From the IMG/VR virus record IMGVR_UViG_3300033068_001747: a stretch of 64,000 bases of DNA, one strand, 5' to 3'. The notes beneath the pieces were generated by a model. It had not been told where the DNA came from. It saw only the letters and a list, made by a program, of their open reading frames with translations, and made no database searches. Both the position numbers and the translations under genes were made by a program. Source of the stretch: a virus (lineage: Duplodnaviria > Caudoviricetes). How positions within the stretch are numbered: the stretch's first letter is position 1; every line of letters begins with the position of its first letter. This document shows, piece by piece, positions 37,208 through 46,976 of this stretch.

Positions 37208-37501
37208 ATGGATAATCAACCAACTTATAAAATAAATGGATTAGAAAGACGTAAGGTAAAGAAACATTTAGTAGAATTAAAATCTTTCGTTAAAAACTTT
37301 TGGTACTATCATAATTTAGATAAAGATATGTATGCTTTCTACTCACCAAATGATAAATCTCAAATGTCTGATACAAATGCACAACTATTATATGATAAAA
37401 AGATTTTAGAAATTGAAGAAATTAGTTTAAAATTAGATGAACCTTATAAATCAATTTCTGATATAAGAAATGAAAAAATAGAAAGTATAGTTAATGAGTA
37501 A
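37208..37501 (+). CDS. Hypothetical protein, C-terminal tag IRNEKIESIV
   Basis: ORF track. Confidence 0.65.
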   Translation: MDNQPTYKINGLERRKVKKHLVELKSFVKNFWYYHNLDKDMYAFYSPNDKSQMSDTNAQLLYDKKILEIEEISLKLDEPYKSISDIRNEKIESIVNE

Positions 37502-37563
37502 TAAAAATACAAAATTGGAGTACTTACAACAAAATAATTTTTTATTATATAAAAAATAATAAT

Positions 37564-37633
37564 GGCGGAATGGCTGAGTGTTAGGCGAGGGACCGCAAGT
37601 TCCTACACAGAGGTTCGATTCCTTTTTCCGCCT
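37564..37633 (+). tRNA. tRNA-Cys (GCA)
   Basis: GGCGGAA/TTCCGCC + U73; AGGGA-CCGCAAG-TTCCT. Confidence 0.85.
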
Positions 37634-37738
37634 CAGTTTGGTAAACTACCTTAAAAATCCTAAAGAGATTCGTTTCTTTGGGATTTTTTTATTATCTTTG
37701 TAAATGAATTAGTTTTCCCAGAAAACTCAAAAATACAT

Positions 37739-37999
37739 ATGGAAGAAAGAACATTAGAACAAAAATTAAAAGACTTACTTATTTCAACTTATGAAAAGGT
37801 AGGAGATAAAATACAAAGTCCAGGTAGACAACTTTTAACTCCTCAACAAATAGTTGAAGAACTTAAAAATGACACAGAAATAGGTATACAATACTACAAA
37901 GGTATTATTGGACTAACTGTTGAACTTTTAATGAGAGATAAAATTCACTTGGATGAACGAAGAAATGAAAAGATAAATGAACTACTTAATAAACGATAA
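37739..37999 (+). CDS. Hypothetical protein, C-terminal tag RRNEKINELL
   Basis: ORF track. Confidence 0.65.
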   Translation: MEERTLEQKLKDLLISTYEKVGDKIQSPGRQLLTPQQIVEELKNDTEIGIQYYKGIIGLTVELLMRDKIHLDERRNEKINELLNKR

Positions 38000-38180
38000 C
38001 GGTGAAGTTGTTTGTATGTCTGCAAATAGAACCCCTAAAGTAAAGTGGGACACACTAACTTTAGCCCAAGTAAATGCAGAATACTTAAATAAAACATATC
38101 CAAAAAAAGATACTAAACTAGTTGCATATCAATGTGACCAGTGTGGTTATTATCATTTAACAACAAAATATGAAATATGA
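37977..38180 (+). CDS. Small zinc-finger protein
   Basis: AYQCDQCGYYHLTT. Confidence 0.65.
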   Translation: MNYLINDNGEVVCMSANRTPKVKWDTLTLAQVNAEYLNKTYPKKDTKLVAYQCDQCGYYHLTTKYEI

Positions 38181-38328
38181 GATATATAATTTTACTAATA
38201 TTAGTAACCGTAACCGCTTGTTCATCATCAAAACCAATAAAGGAAAAAGAATTAAAGAAAAAATATAACCCTACCCAAAAATACTTCAAACGAAAAATTG
38301 AAAATAAAAAAACACAACTTGCATAAAA

Positions 38329-38691
38329 ATGGAAAATAAAACAGACTTTGGAACTAATCCAATAAAACACAAGAAACATAAACTACATAAAAAAATATAC
38401 AAAGAGTATAAGAATGCAACCCCTAAAGAGATATGGGATGGTTTAAGAGATAATTTTATCTTTGGGTTCTTAGGAGCTACCTTAGTAGTTTTCATTGCAA
38501 CCAGAACAGATATTGCAGTTTTAATTGGTTATTTAGTTTACTACTTCTTCATGGGAAGAATTGTAAATAGACCAAAATATGTAACTGACCTAGGAAAACT
38601 AATTGTATTTCCAATTCCATCGGCACTTGGTGCCTTTACTGGATATAAATTATCCTTAATCTTAATAGAATTAGTTAAACAATATTTATAA
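38329..38691 (+). CDS. Membrane protein
   Basis: About 3 hydrophobic segments. Confidence 0.65.
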   Translation: MENKTDFGTNPIKHKKHKLHKKIYKEYKNATPKEIWDGLRDNFIFGFLGATLVVFIATRTDIAVLIGYLVYYFFMGRIVNRPKYVTDLGKLIVFPIPSALGAFTGYKLSLILIELVKQYL

Positions 38692-38716
38692 AAAAACCAC
38701 TCAATCGAGTGGTTTT

Positions 38717-39181
38717 TTAGTTTATTAAGATTAGAGTGTAATACTTTTTACCAGAGGGAGAAATTGTAATCGCAACTCCAATCCTACTTCTATTTGGTTC
38801 ATCTAAAATCTTTTTACAAGAAGCATCTGCAATAAATGATGCCATAACACTTTGATTTGTACTATAGTTATAACCAATCAATTCCGAAACATTTATAGTG
38901 TTCATTGTTAGTCTTAGATTATGTATTCTTTCTTCAAAGTTTTGGTGTCCAATAACTCCGGTTTGAATCATATTTTGATTATGTTCAGAACATAAATAAC
39001 CAATATGTTCAATAGATTGTAAAGGTAAAAGTCCATTTGCTACTCTATAATTATTTACTTGCTCTATTAAATTTACTTCACTAGTCGAATAGTTATAAGG
39101 CATAATAGGTGGAATAACTTCTGAGTCAGAAGAACATCCTAATAATAAAATGAACGATAATAAAGTAATTATAAATTTCAT
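38717..39181 (-). CDS. CAP/SCP-domain lipoprotein
   Basis: Lipobox LLGC; VNNYRVANGLLPL, H...M...GH. Confidence 0.75.
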   Translation of the reverse strand: MKFIITLLSFILLLGCSSDSEVIPPIMPYNYSTSEVNLIEQVNNYRVANGLLPLQSIEHIGYLCSEHNQNMIQTGVIGHQNFEERIHNLRLTMNTINVSELIGYNYSTNQSVMASFIADASCKKILDEPNRSRIGVAITISPSGKKYYTLILIN

Positions 39182-39231
39182 AGTAATGATTATATAAAAA
39201 AAACCCAGAAAGTTATTTCTGGGTTTTATTT

Positions 39232-39846
39232 TTATTTAAAATCGAACTTTACAGTTGGTGCTTTTTCTGCACCTGGGTCTGATTTAAAATAAAGTAATTC
39301 TTTAAAGTTAAATCCAAATGCACTATTAATCCAACTATTTGGAAAAGATAAAATATGTAAGTTGTAAGGATTTACACTATCATTATATCTATCTCTTGCA
39401 ATCTTAATTCTATTTTCAGTTCCTTCTAATTCTGTTTGTAATCTTAAAAAGTTTTCATTTGCTTTTAAGTCTGGATATTTCTCAACTGATACCATCAATC
39501 TTGAAAGAGCAGAACTAACTCCTGTTTGAGATTTTTGGAAAGCTTCTAATTGAGCAGGTGTAACTTTTGATGGATCAATTGTTACCGCAGTTGCTTTAGC
39601 TCTTGCTTCAATCACTGCAGTCAATGTAGACTTCTCAAAATTTGCAGCACCTTGAACGGTATTTACTAAATTACCGATTAAATCATTTCTACGTTGATAA
39701 GACGACTCTACGTTACCCCAAGCTGTTTTAGAGTCTTGTTGTAACCTAATAGCGGTGTTATTGAACCCAACCACTTTACTATAAAGTGAGAATAAAATTA
39801 CTACTAAGATACCACCACCAATTAACCATTTTACTGTACTATTCAT
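39232..39846 (-). CDS. lemA: LemA family protein
   Basis: YQRRNDLIGNLV, EKYPDLKANENF..LQ.ELEGTENRI. Confidence 0.93.
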   Translation of the reverse strand: MNSTVKWLIGGGILVVILFSLYSKVVGFNNTAIRLQQDSKTAWGNVESSYQRRNDLIGNLVNTVQGAANFEKSTLTAVIEARAKATAVTIDPSKVTPAQLEAFQKSQTGVSSALSRLMVSVEKYPDLKANENFLRLQTELEGTENRIKIARDRYNDSVNPYNLHILSFPNSWINSAFGFNFKELLYFKSDPGAEKAPTVKFDFK

Positions 39847-39882
39847 ATTTATTTGTATTTATTTAGTTATTTATTATTTTTA

Positions 39883-41556
39883 TTACCAACCTGAGCTTGC
39901 TCCACCACCAGAACTTCCACCACCACCAAATCCACCAAAGGACGAACCACTATCTGAACTTGAACTCCAACTTGATGAAGAACTTGAACTACTTGAGTAG
40001 TAACTATCTCTTCTTCTTCTATCTTCATCAGCTTTTCTTTGTCTTTCACGTCTTTCTTCTTCCTCTTCATCAGATTTTCTTCTACGTAAAGTAGAAACTA
40101 AAGAAGCAATACTCGCTAACAACGTTGCAAAGATAAGGGCTAATGCTAAATAATCGGAAGAACTAGATACTTTTTTTCTAAAACTTTCATATTCTCTTTC
40201 AACTTTCTCAAGTTCACCAGTTCTCAAGTAACCTTTGTATCTTGGAATGTCTGACATCGCAGATTGAATTGTCGTATCTGCTGCACTTAATTTAGACTTT
40301 GCATTCTCAATCTCAATCAAATAGTTTGAAACTTCTCTACTATCTCTAATAGAGTATGATAAGTTATCTTTGAAATCTTTTGATTGTTCAATCGCTTTAT
40401 CAACATCGACATCTAAAAGTGCTTTTATTGCAACAACATCATCTGATAAACTATCAAGATAATTAGAAATGTCTGTATAAGATTTAGAATAACCATAAGA
40501 TTTAATTTTCTCTAAATCTGATAACGCTCTTTTATTTGTAAATTTAGCATCACTTACTAAACCATCTAATCTTGAAATTGAAGAAACATTATCTTTATAC
40601 TCAGAGTTTAATCTATTAAAAGAACGAACTTCATCAGTAATAGAACTTCTCAATGATTTAAGTGAACTTAAATAAACATCATTATCATCGTTTTTTAATG
40701 TATCAATTGATTTAACTGACTTATCTAACTCATTTTTAACTGACTCATATCTAATTTTCAAAACTTTACTATTTGAAAAAGCAACACTGTCAATAGTAAT
40801 AGATTTTATTGCATCAATATTATCTAAAATATCTTTTTTAACTCTAGTCTTTCTTACTTCTTCTAGTCTAGCTCTTTCTTTTTCTTCTGCGATTTTTCTT
40901 CTTCTTTGTCTATCAATAAAGTAAATCAAAACAAAGATACCAACAATTGCTGCACCAATCAAAAAGTTTGTTAAACCATCCATAAATGCGGCTCTAGCTG
41001 CAGCGTCTTCTTTATCCTGCTTAGCTTTTCTTTGTCTTTCCCACTCTTTCTTTTGCTCTAACAACTTAACCTTAGTTGCAAAAGTAGAACTTCCTAATAT
41101 TTTTGTTATAAAATTGATACAGTTAGTAGTACCTTCAGCATAATTACCTGCTCTAAATGAAGGTTTTACAACTTCTAATGCGTCGTAAGCTTCGGCATCT
41201 GTGAAGAATGGTTCCATACCATTACCAGTTTCGATTCTACTTGCTCTGTCTTCCATAGAGAAAACAATAAGTAAACCGTTATCTGCACCTTTTTTACCAA
41301 TACCAATTCTATTAAATTGTTGATCGGCATATTCCTCGATTGAAGTATCACCGAGTGAAGTAGTAGTAATTACACCAATTTCGATTGATGTTTTCTTTTC
41401 GTAATCCGAAATAAGTTTGTTTAATTCTGCCTCCTGAGCTGGAGTGTAGAAGTTACCGTTATCAGTTACCCAATTTTGTGGTGTAAAAGATTTAGTATCT
41501 TGTGCACTAACAGTGAAAGATACGATTGCCAATAGTGATAGTAGTATTTTTTTCAT
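39883..41556 (-). CDS. TPM-domain membrane protein with coiled-coil insert and Gly/Ser-rich tail
   Basis: IGKKGADNGLL, RIETGNGME, FGGFGGGGSSGGGASSGW. Confidence 0.85.
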   Translation of the reverse strand: MKKILLSLLAIVSFTVSAQDTKSFTPQNWVTDNGNFYTPAQEAELNKLISDYEKKTSIEIGVITTTSLGDTSIEEYADQQFNRIGIGKKGADNGLLIVFSMEDRASRIETGNGMEPFFTDAEAYDALEVVKPSFRAGNYAEGTTNCINFITKILGSSTFATKVKLLEQKKEWERQRKAKQDKEDAAARAAFMDGLTNFLIGAAIVGIFVLIYFIDRQRRRKIAEEKERARLEEVRKTRVKKDILDNIDAIKSITIDSVAFSNSKVLKIRYESVKNELDKSVKSIDTLKNDDNDVYLSSLKSLRSSITDEVRSFNRLNSEYKDNVSSISRLDGLVSDAKFTNKRALSDLEKIKSYGYSKSYTDISNYLDSLSDDVVAIKALLDVDVDKAIEQSKDFKDNLSYSIRDSREVSNYLIEIENAKSKLSAADTTIQSAMSDIPRYKGYLRTGELEKVEREYESFRKKVSSSSDYLALALIFATLLASIASLVSTLRRRKSDEEEEERRERQRKADEDRRRRDSYYSSSSSSSSSWSSSSDSGSSFGGFGGGGSSGGGASSGW

Positions 41557-41613
41557 ACGACAAAGATACATGAAAAATTATTACCTACAATATTTTTTGT
41601 ATATTTTTTTAGA

Positions 41614-42216
41614 TTAGTTTTCTATTGAATTGATTATACCATCTAAAAACTTTTTGGCTTCTTCCGGTGTTAAATCATTAAGATCTTTACCACTATCAAC
41701 CGAGAAAGCATAATCACCAAGTTTGATTAGTTTTTCACCTGCTTTATCATTATCATAAATAACAACTTTAGTTTGTGGTAAAGTTTTAAGCCAGTAATTT
41801 AATTGTGGATTTGGATCATTACAAAGTACCGCAATTCCTGGATAACCCACTTCATGAGCTCTAGCTATATCAAAAATTCCTTCTGTAATAAATAAGTATT
41901 TGTCGGTCATTTTTAGTGATTCTAATCCCCAAACTGCAATTTTCTTTACTTTATATTCATCACCAACCCAGTTGTAGTATTTAGTTTTTCTTGGGTCACT
42001 AAGTGATTTGCTGTTTTGACCTTTCTTTGCATATTTTGGATTGTACTTTTGATAACCTACCATTTGTCCTGATAAGTTGTATAAAAAGAAAAATGTATCT
42101 CCAGATTCTTCATCTAAGATATATCTGGTTTTGGAAGGGTCGATACCTCTTTGTTTTAAATGTGATGTCATATCATCACCAGGATTAAAATCTTCAAATA
42201 AAAATAAATACTTCAT
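41614..42216 (-). CDS. TOPRIM-domain (primase-like) protein
   Basis: ITEGIFD, YDNDKAG, KDLND; N-terminal motif MKYLFLFE. Confidence 0.75.
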   Translation of the reverse strand: MKYLFLFEDFNPGDDMTSHLKQRGIDPSKTRYILDEESGDTFFFLYNLSGQMVGYQKYNPKYAKKGQNSKSLSDPRKTKYYNWVGDEYKVKKIAVWGLESLKMTDKYLFITEGIFDIARAHEVGYPGIAVLCNDPNPQLNYWLKTLPQTKVVIYDNDKAGEKLIKLGDYAFSVDSGKDLNDLTPEEAKKFLDGIINSIEN

Positions 42217-42237
42217 TAAGTATATATTATTTTATTT

Positions 42238-43068
42238 TTATAGTTCTACTTCAATTTTAAAAGAAGGATAAGAATTTGAGTAATAATCAGAAATAACTTT
42301 AAATTTTAAATTCTTAAATCCAATTAAGTGAAAATAACGATAGTAAGTATCTTCTTCTAAGAATTTTGTAATCTCACTTTGTATAGTATATCTTTCTTTT
42401 CTAATACGTGTCATATCATCATCATTGAATGTACCATCGTACAACCTCTCCCAAGCTCTTCGATCATCTAAATCTCCCCAATCCATTTTAAGAGTTAGTT
42501 TAAATACCGGTTTGATTGTTAAATTTTTATAAGGATTTTGTTTTTTGAATTTTGTCATATTACCCCAATCTCTACCTTTTCTATACCTCCAATCTTTACT
42601 CTCAGCTCTATCCGCAATAGTTTTTTTAACTATTTCTTCTCTAGTAACATTAGTCATTTTGATAATTTCAAATAAAGTTTCAATTGGTGTTTCTTTAATA
42701 TCCATTTCAAAAGTTTTCCCACTCCAAGATAAGGAATTTCTACCAGTGTCAACTTTTAATTTAGGTGGTGCACTAGGTAATCCTCTTTGTTCATTGAAAT
42801 CTTCTCTTTCTACACTAAAGCCTTTTCTTTCTAATAAATCATTTAAGTCCAATAATAACATATCTAATAAATAAGTGTTATCAGCTTTGATCATTTTAGT
42901 ACACTCAATAACTCTTTTCTCTAAAGATTTGAATTGATCAACTTCAATTCCCAAATCTTTCAATTTTTTAATTGTTGATACAGATAAATACTCAGACTTG
43001 CCATACTTGTCGGTAAGTGGCTTCAGTTTTTCCTCACGGAACTTACTAAAAGATTCTAAATGTATCAT
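42238..43068 (-). CDS. Hypothetical protein with N-terminal motif MIHLESFSKF
   Basis: ORF track; TAATATATA upstream. Confidence 0.65.
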   Translation of the reverse strand: MIHLESFSKFREEKLKPLTDKYGKSEYLSVSTIKKLKDLGIEVDQFKSLEKRVIECTKMIKADNTYLLDMLLLDLNDLLERKGFSVEREDFNEQRGLPSAPPKLKVDTGRNSLSWSGKTFEMDIKETPIETLFEIIKMTNVTREEIVKKTIADRAESKDWRYRKGRDWGNMTKFKKQNPYKNLTIKPVFKLTLKMDWGDLDDRRAWERLYDGTFNDDDMTRIRKERYTIQSEITKFLEEDTYYRYFHLIGFKNLKFKVISDYYSNSYPSFKIEVEL

Positions 43069-43122
43069 TGTTTATATATTATCCGACAAATATATAAAAA
43101 AAAGAGGATATAACACCCTCTT

Positions 43123-43722
43123 TTATAATTTTTCTTTAATACTTTCAACAATACTAATTATATCATTCTCATTATCAGGATGATATGTTCTAGCACCAAT
43201 AGTTAAGGAATCTGACATATTATAATCTTGATACCATTTACTATATTTATCATTTAAACATTCCCAATAAGTACTAGGTGTAGATAATTCCATTTCTCTA
43301 TTCCTACCATTTATTCTTTCAATTGCAGTATCTAAATCACAATCAATATAAACTACTAATTTTGGCGGTTCAACTTGTTTTAACATAGTATCTAATATAC
43401 TTAAATAAGTATGGTATTCTAAATCATTCATATAACCATCCTCATAAAGCATTTCCGCAAAAATTTTATCACCAAATAAGGATCTATCTAAAATACCTTG
43501 ACCTAGATCTTGAACTTGTTTAACCATTTTAAAACGTTCATTTAAAAAATGAACCTGTAATGTAAATGCCCACCTTTTTTTATCTTTATAAAATTCTTCT
43601 AAAAGATCAATTGTTTCCTGACTTTGTAGTTCATAGAAAATAGGAATATTTAAACTAGAACTTATCTTTTCACAAAGTGTTGTTTTACCTGAACCTACAA
43701 CACCTTCGATATATATTATCAT
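43123..43722 (-). CDS. Deoxynucleoside kinase
   Basis: IEGVVGSGKTT, LQVHFL, DRSLFGD, RINGRNREME. Confidence 0.9.
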   Translation of the reverse strand: MIIYIEGVVGSGKTTLCEKISSSLNIPIFYELQSQETIDLLEEFYKDKKRWAFTLQVHFLNERFKMVKQVQDLGQGILDRSLFGDKIFAEMLYEDGYMNDLEYHTYLSILDTMLKQVEPPKLVVYIDCDLDTAIERINGRNREMELSTPSTYWECLNDKYSKWYQDYNMSDSLTIGARTYHPDNENDIISIVESIKEKL

Positions 43723-43800
43723 AATATAAAATTATTTTTTATTTTTATGAATAACTTACAATAAGTTTAAATAAAAAAGAGGACATATTGTCCTCTTTTT

Positions 43801-44439
43801 TTATAATAAATTTCGATTTCCATTGACTTCTTCTAAAAGAGCAATTTCTCCTAATTTATTTCTAACTCGTTCTAACCACTCTTTAGATTTAATTTTAACC
43901 ATCCAAACTTGTTCTGAACCTTTTGTTTTAAAAGTTCCTTTACAAACTACTCCTTCTCTTAATTTCCAAATGTTATTTCTAACATCTTCTATCAATTGTG
44001 AATTATACTCTCCTTGATAAATTATTTCTGGAATATGTAAATGACCAAACTGTCTGATAAAATCTCGTGGGCCTATAAATCCTTTTTTATAAGCGTTTAC
44101 ATCAAATAGTATAACGTCTTTTGGTTCTTCTATATGATAACCCGCAAATGAGTTTTCTCCTAAATACTCACAAAACACTACAAAACTTTCTACATTTGGG
44201 TAATGTCTTTTGAATACTTTTGGTAATTCATCACCATATTTATTTAAAAATAAAGTAACTGCATCACCGAAATACTCACTTCTTTCGTCAATCATAATGT
44301 TTCGAGTACCAAATTTATACCAACCTCTTTTTCGACTCCATTCACAACGAATGTTACTACCATCTAACTTATCAAAAGCATAGATATAACTTCCGTGAAT
44401 TCCTTTGTCAAAATAATCCATTCTTGGGTACTGTTTCAT
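43801..44439 (-). CDS. Second ATP-dependent RNA ligase-like nucleotidyltransferase
   Basis: KLDGSN, FCEY, LFDV, EGVVCK, MVKIKS. Confidence 0.7.
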   Translation of the reverse strand: MKQYPRMDYFDKGIHGSYIYAFDKLDGSNIRCEWSRKRGWYKFGTRNIMIDERSEYFGDAVTLFLNKYGDELPKVFKRHYPNVESFVVFCEYLGENSFAGYHIEEPKDVILFDVNAYKKGFIGPRDFIRQFGHLHIPEIIYQGEYNSQLIEDVRNNIWKLREGVVCKGTFKTKGSEQVWMVKIKSKEWLERVRNKLGEIALLEEVNGNRNLL

Positions 44440-44454
44440 CTTATTTCAATTTTA

Positions 44455-45189
44455 TTAACTAATAAATCTATTTTGCTTTGAAAAGTTTTCCTCTTTTTTA
44501 ACTGGTTTTAAATTACAAAGTGAGTTGATAATAGAAATATCTGTTCCTTGTTTAAATAAAGATATTGGTTTTCTATGATCAATATTCCAGTAGGTTCCAT
44601 AATTACCCCAGTTCATATTTTCAGTAAATTGATATTCTAATCTTTGTTTTAGTTTTTCAGTACTATATCCTAAAATTTCTAATGTTCTTTTACCATTTTT
44701 AGAATAGAAACATCTATTTAAAAAAGACCTACATGTAATTTTTAATCTATAGTTAATATCAGTTTTATATTTATATGAGGAATAATTTTTTCTATACTCT
44801 CTTAACTTATCCTTATTACTATCCCTCCATTTTCTCATAACTTCTTTAGAAGTAGGATATTTTTTTGACACTCCACTTTCTATTCTATTTTTCCTATCAA
44901 TATTTATACAATCATAACAGATATTTTTATTAAACCTATCTAGATCCTTTTCAATATTACATTTATTACACTTTCTTTTATTTCTTAATAGTTCATCTTC
45001 AGCTTTAAAAAAACAAAAGTCACATATTTTATTATCTTTTGTAAAGAAGTCTGTCATTACCTTATCCTTACATTTATTGCATGTTTTAATAAGTTTTAGT
45101 TCTTTTCTATAACAAGTATTGCACATAATATCACTTTTTATGTAATGCTTACCTTCTTTTTCTAAATTACATTTTATACACTTTTTCAT
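44455..45189 (-). CDS. HNH-type endonuclease with CxxC repeats
   Basis: WNIDHRKP...NLKP...N; related to 5320 ORF. Confidence 0.7.
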   Translation of the reverse strand: MKKCIKCNLEKEGKHYIKSDIMCNTCYRKELKLIKTCNKCKDKVMTDFFTKDNKICDFCFFKAEDELLRNKRKCNKCNIEKDLDRFNKNICYDCINIDRKNRIESGVSKKYPTSKEVMRKWRDSNKDKLREYRKNYSSYKYKTDINYRLKITCRSFLNRCFYSKNGKRTLEILGYSTEKLKQRLEYQFTENMNWGNYGTYWNIDHRKPISLFKQGTDISIINSLCNLKPVKKEENFSKQNRFIS

Positions 45190-45222
45190 AATTTATATAT
45201 TAAAATGTACAGCTTACCTCCA

Positions 45223-45414
45223 TTACTCAATCTCGTTTTTAATCCATTCTCGTAAGAAATTTTTCTCGGATCTTTTTACACCACGATACTCGCGTTTTAA
45301 ATCACGTTTTGATTTCTTTACAAGTTCTGGGTCTTGTAATAATTTTAATCTTCTTTTTCTTCGTTTTATATCTTGGATCTTTTCATCGACCCAATTGACA
45401 TCTTTAGTTTTCAT
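45223..45414 (-). CDS. Small basic protein
   Basis: ORF track. Confidence 0.5.
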   Translation of the reverse strand: MKTKDVNWVDEKIQDIKRRKRRLKLLQDPELVKKSKRDLKREYRGVKRSEKNFLREWIKNEIE

Positions 45415-45731
45415 AATTGTTTTGATTTTTGTATAGCCAAGTCTTTACTTGACTTAATTATTCTATAAAGGTCTTCCGGGTGTAACCCTTCAACCCATTG
45501 TTTACCATCAGAGATATGATATTGTTCCGCTTTAATATGACAACCATTTTCTTTATCACATAAAGTTATACCATTTTCTTTGACGTAACCACCATTTGGC
45601 ATCTCTGATCTATCAGTAATGTGGTGTGCATCTAGTTTAGATGTAGAGTCTCCACAAATTTTACATTTGTGATTATCTCTTTTAAAAACATCATTTCTAA
45701 ATTTATCTCGTATTATTTGTTTTAATTTCAT
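45411..45731 (-). CDS. HNH endonuclease
   Basis: RDNHKCKIC...AHHI...NGITLC...CH. Confidence 0.8.
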   Translation of the reverse strand: MKLKQIIRDKFRNDVFKRDNHKCKICGDSTSKLDAHHITDRSEMPNGGYVKENGITLCDKENGCHIKAEQYHISDGKQWVEGLHPEDLYRIIKSSKDLAIQKSKQL

Positions 45732-45755
45732 TGTTTATCGTTAATTTTTTGACAT

Positions 45756-45874
45756 AAAAAAACCCTGTCAATTAGATTGACAGGGTTAGTAGTTTTCGTA
45801 TAGGTACAAAAATATCACTACTGACTCATAAAGTCAATCAAATCGTAATTTGTTGTGTATTTTGTAACTTTCAT
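45756..45874 (-). promoter_or_regulatory. Leader ORF plus terminator (attenuator-like)
   Basis: MKVTKYTTNYDLIDFMSQ* (45874-45818) followed by a CCCTGTCAAT-CTA-ATTGACAGGG-T7 terminator. Confidence 0.45.
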
Positions 45875-45908
45875 ATTCTTATATATTATTTAATTATTAT
45901 TTGTTTTT

Positions 45909-46400
45909 TTATTTTTTTAGTAAATCTTCTAATTTTTCGTCTCGTTTTAAACTTTTATCTACTAGTTTAATCAGTTCATTATTTATTTTTCGATAATCTT
46001 CTTCTTCTTTTGCAAATCTTTTTTCCTCAATTCTTTTAAATAAGAAATCAAACATCTTTTTTAATGACACAGTTTCTTTAAAATAATCCGAACTAATATA
46101 ATTACTACTGTATTGAGTTGCTTGTCGAGTAGAAACAGTTAAATAGTATTCACTTTTATCAGAACCAAACCAACCTAACTTTTTAACTTTATATAGAGCT
46201 ATATCAAAGAAATAATTAGTTTCACTTCCAGATAATTTATATTTAAACTTAAATATATCTCCGGTTATAGTCTTTTCCTCAAATACAAAACTAGTAATCT
46301 TTTCATCATAAACAGAATGTTGTAATGAAATACTCATAGTTGAGTCTACCAGATTTTTTAAAAATGTTTGTTTTTGTGTCATTCCCAATAATTTTGACAA
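45909..46400 (-). CDS. Hypothetical protein, C-terminal tag KRDEKLEDLL
   Basis: ORF track. Confidence 0.65.
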   Translation of the reverse strand: MSKLLGMTQKQTFLKNLVDSTMSISLQHSVYDEKITSFVFEEKTITGDIFKFKYKLSGSETNYFFDIALYKVKKLGWFGSDKSEYYLTVSTRQATQYSSNYISSDYFKETVSLKKMFDFLFKRIEEKRFAKEEEDYRKINNELIKLVDKSLKRDEKLEDLLKK

Positions 46401-46416
46401 AGATATAAAAAATTAT

Positions 46417-46692
46417 TTAAAGTGAAAATATTTTTGTTATTTTCTTTTTTCTAAAATGATGTTTGTTTAGATGGTGTGGATAAAATAAATTATAAAATGA
46501 AGCACCAGTTCCAGTCGTAGAATCAATCACCTCAATTTTATACTGTTTCTTTTTACCTGCATTATTTAATTCTCTATCATTGACTAACATATTAGTTGGT
46601 ATTGATCCACGATACTTCCTATCAAGAATTTCTTGATAAGTTTCTCCGAAAAAATACTTTCTTATTTCTTTAATTATTTTCATGTTTATCAA
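46417..46692 (-). CDS. Hypothetical protein
   Basis: ORF track; tag-like C-terminus. Confidence 0.55.
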   Translation of the reverse strand: MINMKIIKEIRKYFFGETYQEILDRKYRGSIPTNMLVNDRELNNAGKKKQYKIEVIDSTTGTGASFYNLFYPHHLNKHHFRKKKITKIFSL

Positions 46693-46900
46693 AGTATTCT
46701 ACAATAACAATTGCAAGGTTTGAAATTATTGAAAGTAAAATAGTTACTACAAAGATATAAGGTAGTTCATCTGCGAAAAAACTTCCAGAATAACCATCCA
46801 TATACTTTTCAGTATATAAACCCAATAAAACTTCAAGTATTGCTAAACCTGCAAAAATGATTGTTAAGTTTGTAAAAAATTTAACTAATTTATCTATCAT
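46670..46900 (-). CDS. Small two-TM membrane protein
   Basis: Two hydrophobic helices. Confidence 0.6.
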   Translation of the reverse strand: MIDKLVKFFTNLTIIFAGLAILEVLLGLYTEKYMDGYSGSFFADELPYIFVVTILLSIISNLAIVIVEYFDKHENN

Positions 46901-46976
46901 ACACCTTATATATTATAATTATTTTTAGTTTTAATAAATTTTTTGTATCTTTGTACTATAATTTGATATAATAGGT

